Origin: Candidatus Obscuribacterales bacterium
GTDB taxonomy: Bacteria; Cyanobacteriota; Vampirovibrionia; Obscuribacterales; Obscuribacteraceae
NCBI GenBank assembly: GCA_019752635.1
Contig: JAIELX010000059.1
Coordinates: 63,191 to 127,190, forward strand
DNA length: 64,000 bases
Direction: 5' to 3'
A program made the position numbers and the translations under genes. This document shows positions 57,149 through 64,000 of this stretch, in pieces. The notes beneath the pieces are model-generated. The model searched no databases. It was not told the DNA's origin and was given only the letters and a program-made list of their open reading frames with translations. How positions within the stretch are numbered: position 1 is the first letter of the stretch; the number at the start of each line of letters is the position of its first letter.

Positions 57149-58618
57149 CTACCTGTATGATCCTGTGACTGAACCTCTACTGTTAATTTCCGCCGAAATT
57201 AATTTATCAAGTTTGTCAATCTCGTCTGCAACCTTGGCGTGTTCAGCGGGGGGCAGACTTTTGGCATCGCGCCGCACTTGCAGGTAGAACTGGCTCAATC
57301 GGTCGTATTCACGCTTCAACAGGGTTGTTTCGAGGGTTGTCAACTTGCCCGGCTGCTGAGCATCTGCAATTCGTCGTTCCAGCGCGGACCATCGGTCCTC
57401 AAGCGAGAGCCTTGGTGGTGTCATCTTCAGCGAGGGCGTTCTCTTCGTCCCTGTTGTCGTCTTCGGCACAGCCTTCCTGGAAGTAGCTTCGCGGACTCTC
57501 AACTCAATTGAGGCGATCTGCTGTTCTATCTTGATTGATTGTTCGGGAGTCATACCACCTGGCACCTCACTGTATGCCGACTCGAGTGCGTCGATCAGTT
57601 CGATTTCCCGCAAGAAGTCCGCTGCGCGATCAGCGCTGATCGCACCGGACTTAGTGTTGCTGTCGATGCGCAACCTTAATAGTCTCTTCCTGACCGTGCA
57701 ATCTTCTTGCCGGGCTGTCGGATTCTGTGCCGAAGTTTCGTCTCCGGCAAGTGCGAGCCCCCTGTCTTTATCTGCTTTGACACTGCTTTCGATCCGCTCA
57801 TCCAGTTTGTCGATCTCTATCGCTAATTCGACAAGGCTGCTTTCAGAAGGGGCTCCGTTGGCGGTGATGTGTGCTTGCAGTGTTGACGACAAGTGTGTCA
57901 ATTCTGCGCGAATTAATTCGGCTTGATTCGCGGATAGTCGTCCTTTTGCTACAGCATCCGCCAGTTTTGCTTCAACGGCAAGGCGTCGCTCATAGAATTC
58001 AGCAGTGGCTGTTCGAGAGATTCGCATCTGCTGGTCCAATTGATTGCTTATCTTCTCAATGTCCCCGCTCAAAATTTTCTCTTGCTTTGCTGTCAGCTTG
58101 CCTTCGTTCGCGTTCAAGAAAGTAGTCTCAATATCGATGACATGTTTCAGTTCATGTTGGCAGTCTGCTGCATCCAGACGTGACAGCGCACCTTCGGCTA
58201 TACATGCTTGCAATCGTTCTTGCAATTCTTTACGCATGGTTACTGCGTCTTTGGGCACGGATGATGACTGCGCCGCCATAGCAAGAACGCTATTGATCTT
58301 TCGTGTTAACACTAACGCCCGCGAAAAGGACAGTTGCTTTCCTGCGGTGCGAAGGTCCTGCACGGTTTTGGACGCCAACGCTAGTTCCGCGAGTAATGCG
58401 TTTGCTCGTTCTGTGCTGATAGTGTTTTTTGCGAGCTTGTCGTTAATCGCTGATTCGATGTAAGTAAGTCGCTTGTCGAAATCCGACCAGTCATGAATTG
58501 TACCCGCGAAGGTTGAAAGGTACTGTGAAAATTCTGTTTCAGCAGCGTTGAGCGTTAGACCGGCCGAAAGATAGAACGCCAGAAAGACCCCGGACATCAA
58601 TATCAGCCGCGCTCGCAC
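57149..58618 (-). CDS. Secreted helical-repeat hypothetical protein
   Basis: GAGGAG RBS, signal peptide. About five repeats of RI...G.[LI]S...A..L..E[LI]..I. Confidence 0.75.
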   Translation of the reverse strand: MRARLILMSGVFLAFYLSAGLTLNAAETEFSQYLSTFAGTIHDWSDFDKRLTYIESAINDKLAKNTISTERANALLAELALASKTVQDLRTAGKQLSFSRALVLTRKINSVLAMAAQSSSVPKDAVTMRKELQERLQACIAEGALSRLDAADCQHELKHVIDIETTFLNANEGKLTAKQEKILSGDIEKISNQLDQQMRISRTATAEFYERRLAVEAKLADAVAKGRLSANQAELIRAELTHLSSTLQAHITANGAPSESSLVELAIEIDKLDERIESSVKADKDRGLALAGDETSAQNPTARQEDCTVRKRLLRLRIDSNTKSGAISADRAADFLREIELIDALESAYSEVPGGMTPEQSIKIEQQIASIELRVREATSRKAVPKTTTGTKRTPSLKMTPPRLSLEDRWSALERRIADAQQPGKLTTLETTLLKREYDRLSQFYLQVRRDAKSLPPAEHAKVADEIDKLDKLISAEINSRGSVTGSYR

Positions 58619-58937
58619 TCTTTCTCCTCTGTGGATTGCAAATAGGGAAATAGATCCCGTCTATCATACGATTTTTCGTGCACACAATGTGACGTCGCAA
58701 TAAAAGGTTCAGTTCCGTGGTGCTCGGATATTCTTTCCGTGGCGTGCACACAGAATAATATCGCCGATTAAAACGATCAGGTGAGCAGTCCGCAAGAGCT
58801 ATTGTTGGTCCGTTCTTTACGGGTTAGCGTGCACTACCTTTTTTGATCGTGTACGCTCGGCTCTGGAAGCCGATCTCAAAGAAATGTATAGCATTCAACT
58901 GTCAAATCATAATCCGTACATGCGGGAATGACTGCGG

Positions 58938-59828
58938 TTGTGTTTCAATTGGAGTCACACCGGTTTGAAGCGCCGGTCAATTCTCTTACTCGTCCCCGGA
59001 GACCCCCCATTGATGATAAGAACCAAACTTGCTCGAGCAGGCTCTACCGTTCTGCCCCTGGCTCTGCTTGCGTTAATCGCCACCACTGGTAATACTGAAT
59101 CTTTAAGTGCCTCTACCTCATCTAACTCTTGCTGCGAGCACAGCGTCACTGACCGTGTTCTCAGTAATGCCGCCCTCACTGCCGAAGCAAGTGCCCCTAA
59201 CAAGTTGATTGCCCAACGGGGAAGCTCGATCAACTCTTCAGGGAATGATTACCTGGATGCTGCAAGCGATGAAGGTATTTATCATTGGCCGGCCGAGAAA
59301 CTGCCAGTTAAGGTCTTCATGGAAAACGGTTCGAACGTTCCGGGGTATCGTCCTAACTTCCCTCAGATTCTCTCCAACGGATTTGATGCTTGGGTCACCG
59401 CAACCAATGGTCGCCTGGGATGGGTGCAAGTTCGCGATAAGTCTCAGGCCGACCTGGTCGTAAGCTGGACTACTGCTACTCCGGAGCATGCAGACGGAAC
59501 CGAAGCCGGTCGAACCAAAACGTTCACCAAATTCGATACCACCACGAATCAAGGTAAGATCTACAAAGCATCTATGGTGCTCGCTACTCGTCTGCCGGAA
59601 CGCGAAATGTCCGACGAAGAAGTAACCAAGACATTTATGCATGAAGCCGGGCATGCGTTTGGCATCGCGGGACACTCACCTAACAGAAGCGACATTATGT
59701 GCGCTAAAGTTAATCACGGTCAAAAGCCTTCCCTCTCTGGATGTGATGTGGCGACAATCGTCAGGCTCTACGGATCTTATCCGCAGTGCGCCCAAGGTCC
59801 GAGAACTTCCAGTACCTCGACCCTCTAA
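58938..59828 (+). CDS. Matrixin-family (metzincin) zinc metalloprotease
   Basis: HEAGHAFGIAGHS with a DIM Met-turn. Likely start ~59011, with a signal peptide. Confidence 0.9.
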   Translation: MCFNWSHTGLKRRSILLLVPGDPPLMIRTKLARAGSTVLPLALLALIATTGNTESLSASTSSNSCCEHSVTDRVLSNAALTAEASAPNKLIAQRGSSINSSGNDYLDAASDEGIYHWPAEKLPVKVFMENGSNVPGYRPNFPQILSNGFDAWVTATNGRLGWVQVRDKSQADLVVSWTTATPEHADGTEAGRTKTFTKFDTTTNQGKIYKASMVLATRLPEREMSDEEVTKTFMHEAGHAFGIAGHSPNRSDIMCAKVNHGQKPSLSGCDVATIVRLYGSYPQCAQGPRTSSTSTL

Positions 59829-59861
59829 CTTGTCTTCGAAGCGTAGCGTCCGGAAAAATCA

Positions 59862-59894
59862 AAAGACCAGACGCGCCTAGCGCGTCTGGTCTTT
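59862..59894. terminator. Bidirectional rho-independent terminator
   Basis: aaagaccagacgcgc-cta-gcgcgtctggtcttt perfect 15-bp stem between convergent genes. Confidence 0.85.
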
Positions 59895-59918
59895 GACTTG
59901 AATGAAGTACTTTGAATC

Positions 59919-60524
59919 TTAGAGCAATCCGACGCTGAACAGCGGAGTGCCTAGTCGAATGAAGTGGCTTCTCTTCTTCTTCAAAATGATCGGGCGTTCA
60001 AGAAGCACTGGCTTCTCAACGCAGCGATCGATGTAGACCGGTTTTTCAACACACTTTTCGATGTAGACTGGTTTCTCCACGATGCGATCGATGTAGACCG
60101 GCTTTTTAACGATTTTTTCGACAAACTTCGTACGCTCAACGCGTACCGTGTTGGTTACAATTCTGGTGCGCACTAGCGGACGACGTGCCACGCGACGATG
60201 CGTTGGCCGACGTACCATTCTCTTCGCTCTTTTAAAAGAAGAGCGTTTGCGAACCACTGCCGGTTTGCTCCAGCTTTCCGAAATTGTTTCAGTTACTTTT
60301 TCGGTGCTCTTCAATGCTGCGCATGGTCTTTCAACAGTTACTTTGCACTCGACCTGTTTTGCCTTTACGCATTCCTGTTGTATCTTCACCGGTGAGCTAT
60401 ATACCTTGACGCGCTCAATCGGCGGAATCAAGAGCTTTTCACCGAATGACGCTGGAACCGAGGTGAAGCACATTGCGGCCAAAAGTGCTACACCTACGGA
60501 GGTTTTTCCTAGGTTTGGGTTCAT
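59919..60524 (-). CDS. Secreted protein with VEKPVYI 10-aa tandem repeats
   Basis: ATG at 60524 after GGAGG. Signal peptide. 30-bp DNA repeats at ~60004-60122. Confidence 0.8.
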   Translation of the reverse strand: MNPNLGKTSVGVALLAAMCFTSVPASFGEKLLIPPIERVKVYSSPVKIQQECVKAKQVECKVTVERPCAALKSTEKVTETISESWSKPAVVRKRSSFKRAKRMVRRPTHRRVARRPLVRTRIVTNTVRVERTKFVEKIVKKPVYIDRIVEKPVYIEKCVEKPVYIDRCVEKPVLLERPIILKKKRSHFIRLGTPLFSVGLL

Positions 60525-60816
60525 GTCTACGTTTCCTCCATGCAACCCGATTTCGGGGCATTTAAACTTGGGAGATCTCACTTGTGGGTGCTCCGGGGTG
60601 GCACCCGTGGTACGGGGATTCCGAGACACGTGTTTCGCTCGGGCGAGTCGCCACCGGGATGTACTTGCAAATGCATTACCTGCATTTTCGATTACATGAA
60701 GGTGGGATTCGATCGGCTTGTGTGAAAGCCGCCTGTGATCAAACTGTTCCTGTCGTCTTGGACTCGGTATCGATCACAGGCGAGCCTTCGCTATCAGTCG
60801 GACTGTTCCTCAGCGC

Positions 60817-61170
60817 TTAGAACAATCCAACATGAAGTAAGCGTTTGATTGAGAAATCGAAGAGATGACTTTTCTCTTCAATAATTACCGGTGAGGTAAG
60901 TGTCTTTTCAATGAGTACCGGGGTTTGAACGCATTTTTCCATCAAAACCGGTGCGGTCGCGCAACTGTCGGTAAGAACCGGAGCGCTAACGCAGTTATCC
61001 ATCAGTACAGGCTGCTCGATAGCTTTCTGCATCAAGATGGGGGTTTCGATAGTCCTCGTGTATGTGCGCGTCTTAAAATGGCTTGCAGCCTGCGCATCCT
61101 GAGGAATTGCCGTTCCAACCAGTGCCAGAGCCGCCATTGCTAGCGTTGTACTGATAATTCTGTTTTTCAT
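60817..61170 (-). CDS. Secreted paralogue with PVL-type 10-aa repeats
   Basis: AGGAG RBS, signal peptide ending AQA. IETPILMQKA/IEQPVLMDNC/VSAPVLTDSC/ATAPVLMEKC/VQTPVLIEKT. Confidence 0.8.
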   Translation of the reverse strand: MKNRIISTTLAMAALALVGTAIPQDAQAASHFKTRTYTRTIETPILMQKAIEQPVLMDNCVSAPVLTDSCATAPVLMEKCVQTPVLIEKTLTSPVIIEEKSHLFDFSIKRLLHVGLF

Positions 61171-61561
61171 TACAGAAGCTCCTTTGTGTAGTCACCCGTT
61201 AAGGTGCTCTAGTTGTCTACAGCCGTGGATTTCGACGGACGAATTTCAGCTTCGGTTCCCCGCGATTGGCTTTTGACGCTTGATGCGAGTGTGTACGTGA
61301 GGTATCCCTCTTGCTGTACACTTGTGTCGCGGCTCTGGAAACGCTTGCTGTACATCGTTGTACGGTAGTGCTATGGTTCGGGCTTCGGTTGCGCAAGTAA
61401 ATGATCGATTAATAAACTGAGACACATCGGTGCTGTACGGGCATCACCGATGGTGTCAAGTTCGACGAATGACCGCTCCGAACTTTCAAAAGGTGTTGCT
61501 TGTTGGCTATGAATATCTTGTACGGACTTGTAGAATTAGGAAGTCTTTTGGCAAGGAACGC

Positions 61562-62899
61562 ATGAAACCCAAGCTGAGCTTCTTTGATATTTGGAACATG
61601 AACTTCGGATTCCTCGGAATTCAGTTCGGTTGGGGGCTGCAACTAGCCAACATGAGCGCCATTTACAGCAAGCTCGGTGCCGAACCGGACAAGATTCCCA
61701 TTCTCTGGCTGGCCGGTCCTGTAACCGGTTTACTGGTTCAACCGATCATCGGGGCCATGAGCGATCGCACCTGGGGACCACTGGGCAGACGTCGCCCTTA
61801 CTTTCTTACCGGCGCCATCTTTGCCAGCATCGCTTTGTTTCTCATGCCGGACTCGCCTGCGCTTTTGTTTGCGGCCTCGTTGCTTTGGATTCTGGACGCC
61901 AGCATTAACATCAGCATGGAACCGTTCCGCGCCTTCGTCGCGGACAAACTGAACGTCGAGCAGCGCACGTTCGGCTTCATTATGCAAAGCTTTTTTATTG
62001 GAATCGGCGCGACGTTAGCAAATGCGTTACCGCTTATCTTTAGAACCTTCGGTGTAAATGGAGCTGGCTCTAACGGCGTGCCTTTAACCGTGCAATATTC
62101 ATTTCGCATTGGCGCCGTGATGTTTCTGCTGTGCGTGCTCTGGACCGTTTTCAGCACAAAGGAATATCCCCCGGAGGATATGGACGAGTTCAATCGGAAG
62201 AAAGAGCAAAATAGAGGCATCGGAGGGCTGCTAAAAGAGGTTGTTCGTGAGATACCCGCGGCCGTTGCTGAAATGCCGCGAACCATGAAACAGCTGGCGG
62301 CGGTGCAAATTTTCACCTGGCTCGGGCTGTTTTGCATGTGGATGTTTTTCGGTTTGACCACTGCCTACCATGTCTTTCACGCGCCCGACCCGAAGTCCGA
62401 GATGTTCGATCGGGCTACTGAATGGGCTGGTTGGTGTTTTGCAATCTACTCGGTTGTCTGTTTTCTTGTGGCTTTTGTCTTGCCTAAGGTGTCTCAAAAG
62501 CTTGGTCGCAAACTAACGCACGCGATAGCGCTGGTATTGGGTGGACTCAGTCTGCTTTCGATTTACTTTATTCATGATAAGGAAATGCTGCAGCTAACCA
62601 TGATCGGCGTCGGCATCGCTTGGGCGTCCATCCTGTCCATGCCGTACGCCATACTGTCCGGAGCTGTCCCGCAGGAGCGCACTGGCGTTTATATGGGCGT
62701 TTTCAACTTCTTTATCGTGATACCGGAGATATTGGCGGCGTTGTGTTTTGAACCGTTGGTGCATCACGTATTTCATAACAATCCGCTCTATGTAGTGATG
62801 ACGGGTGGTGCCTCATTACTGATTGCGGCCGCTCTGGTCGCTCGTGTTGAAGACAATGCCGATCCGGTAGCTGTCACTTCTGGAAGCGGCGGACACTAA
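61562..62899 (+). CDS. MFS sugar transporter (SLC45/MalT-like, maltose/sucrose type)
   Basis: IWNMNFGFLGIQFGWGLQ, SDRTWGPLGRRRPYF, WASILSMPY, GVYMGVFNFFIVIP. Confidence 0.92.
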   Translation: MKPKLSFFDIWNMNFGFLGIQFGWGLQLANMSAIYSKLGAEPDKIPILWLAGPVTGLLVQPIIGAMSDRTWGPLGRRRPYFLTGAIFASIALFLMPDSPALLFAASLLWILDASINISMEPFRAFVADKLNVEQRTFGFIMQSFFIGIGATLANALPLIFRTFGVNGAGSNGVPLTVQYSFRIGAVMFLLCVLWTVFSTKEYPPEDMDEFNRKKEQNRGIGGLLKEVVREIPAAVAEMPRTMKQLAAVQIFTWLGLFCMWMFFGLTTAYHVFHAPDPKSEMFDRATEWAGWCFAIYSVVCFLVAFVLPKVSQKLGRKLTHAIALVLGGLSLLSIYFIHDKEMLQLTMIGVGIAWASILSMPYAILSGAVPQERTGVYMGVFNFFIVIPEILAALCFEPLVHHVFHNNPLYVVMTGGASLLIAAALVARVEDNADPVAVTSGSGGH

Positions 62900-62910
62900 G
62901 CGGGATCGGC

Positions 62911-63336
62911 ATGAACAAGTATGACCCTGTTAATCCCGACCACTGCCTGGTATCGCCCGAACGCAAGAAGCGTTTCTTATCGACTGTTTTTCTATTTTTC
63001 GTAATTTGTGGATGCTTTACTTATTGGGTCTTTGCCTCGCGACTTGTGTTCGCCGTTGGCACGATCGTTTCGGCGCATGTATTTGAATCGGCGGCAGCTT
63101 CATCTGATGAGGGACACCGCGTGCGAAATTACTTACGCGGCGAGATTAGGCGAAGAATTGAAGTTGGAGACGCTCCTGGAGAAAGCGAAAAATGGTGGTA
63201 CTCGGTGCTGCTTTCGTCGGATGAGTTTAAGGTCGCAGAGGAAGCTTGGAGCGATCCGGCGTTGGAAGCCCCGCCCGCGTATAGCCCGGATGCCGTTGAT
63301 GAGACCGGCTCGGATGCGAAGGATTCGTCACAGTAA
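62911..63336 (+). CDS. Hypothetical membrane protein
   Basis: Starts 11 nt after the MFS stop. N-terminal TM segment. Confidence 0.55.
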   Translation: MNKYDPVNPDHCLVSPERKKRFLSTVFLFFVICGCFTYWVFASRLVFAVGTIVSAHVFESAAASSDEGHRVRNYLRGEIRRRIEVGDAPGESEKWWYSVLLSSDEFKVAEEAWSDPALEAPPAYSPDAVDETGSDAKDSSQ

Positions 63337-64000
63337 CTGTTGGTCCTTCGGTGCTTCCGCAATTTGCGAATTGTTCTTCCGTATCTCCAGCGCTTTACTC
63401 ATTACGCCGATGTAGTGACTGTTCACGCTTTGGTGTAAATTCCGCCCTGGCGTCGCTACTTCGCTGTATTTGAATATAATCGCGTATCGCGCTACTTTCG
63501 ATGGTGGCATCAGCTTCAGCGGATTGTCATAGTCCTTGATCATGCAAGTGCGGGAGAGCCCGTCTTTATCGAGCATTCGTTCCAGTCGGCCGGCCAGGTG
63601 CCGGCTGTCTCTCACCGTGTCGTTGAAGAAGTTGTGAAAGAACCGGCTGCCGTCATGCAGGTCCTTTATGTGTGATTGCAGCCAGGCATCGAAGGTGTCA
63701 CCCGTGTAGAGTGAGTCCAAAAGAGTAATGCCTCTGACTTTGTCCTCTAACCCGTTGCGGGAAACTTCCGATGCGGTGGCGCGAAAACCGCCGGAGAAGG
63801 TCGAGACGTAGATGTCCGCCACATTGTTTAACGATGTTGTTTTGAGCGGTTCTGTTCTTTGAAAAATTTCGGTCAGCATGGCCTTGAAGAAGCCTGGTTT
63901 GTGAAACTGACCCGCGTTGCTGCTATATGCGGAGGGCTCTAATGCCCATTCCGGCATTATAAAGACAGTATTGGGCGGATTGGCTTCTAGTTGCTTCTGC
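63328..64000 (-). CDS. Hypothetical alpha/beta-hydrolase-like protein, 5'-truncated at the window edge
   Basis: STFSGG nucleophile-like elbow and ITLLDSLY. The frame appears open to the edge. Confidence 0.6.
   Translation of the reverse strand, partial: QKQLEANPPNTVFIMPEWALEPSAYSSNAGQFHKPGFFKAMLTEIFQRTEPLKTTSLNNVADIYVSTFSGGFRATASEVSRNGLEDKVRGITLLDSLYTGDTFDAWLQSHIKDLHDGSRFFHNFFNDTVRDSRHLAGRLERMLDKDGLSRTCMIKDYDNPLKLMPPSKVARYAIIFKYSEVATPGRNLHQSVNSHYIGVMSKALEIRKNNSQIAEAPKDQQLL

Noticed and set aside
60004..60122. 30-bp tandem DNA repeats as a possible CRISPR array
   Set aside because: There are no unique spacers, the repeats are in-frame coding repeats, and no cas genes are present.

Overview
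Bacterial chromosomal window, densely coding. The many acidic/low-complexity hypotheticals and Gln-rich secreted proteins suggest a non-photosynthetic cyanobacterial relative such as Melainabacteria/Obscuribacterales; this is an inference from style only, as no marker gene is present. From about 20 kb to 64 kb the content is mostly ordinary: tRNA-Lys and tRNA-Arg, a YheT-like hydrolase, a SulP-STAS-beta-carbonic anhydrase fusion, an exosortase beside its VIT/vWA PEP-CTERM-like substrate, a degenerate GGDEF protein, an ABC exporter with an attenuator-like leader, an RlmI-like methyltransferase, a tyrosine phosphatase, a metallothionein, a radical SAM protein, PBP1A, a GH13 enzyme, a trypsin-like protease, DUF2252, a matrixin and an MFS sugar transporter. 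The first 20 kb holds the best candidate for an undescribed system. Three paralogues (1703-4036, 4558-6579, 6859-8961) share an N-terminal [LI]P-x-[ILF]-[TS]-L motif and a ~175-aa C-terminal domain ending in a hydrophobic tail, but carry different central phosphothreonine modules: FHA + atypical (PI3/PI4K/HipA-like) kinase, an OspF/SpvC/LanKC-type phosphothreonine lyase-like domain, and FHA + pseudokinase. Each is followed by a small orphan ORF. A 2508-aa helical-repeat protein and a 535-aa hydrophobic-carrier protein with a minimal C-terminal kinase lie alongside. All family calls come from motif reading by eye, not from database searches.
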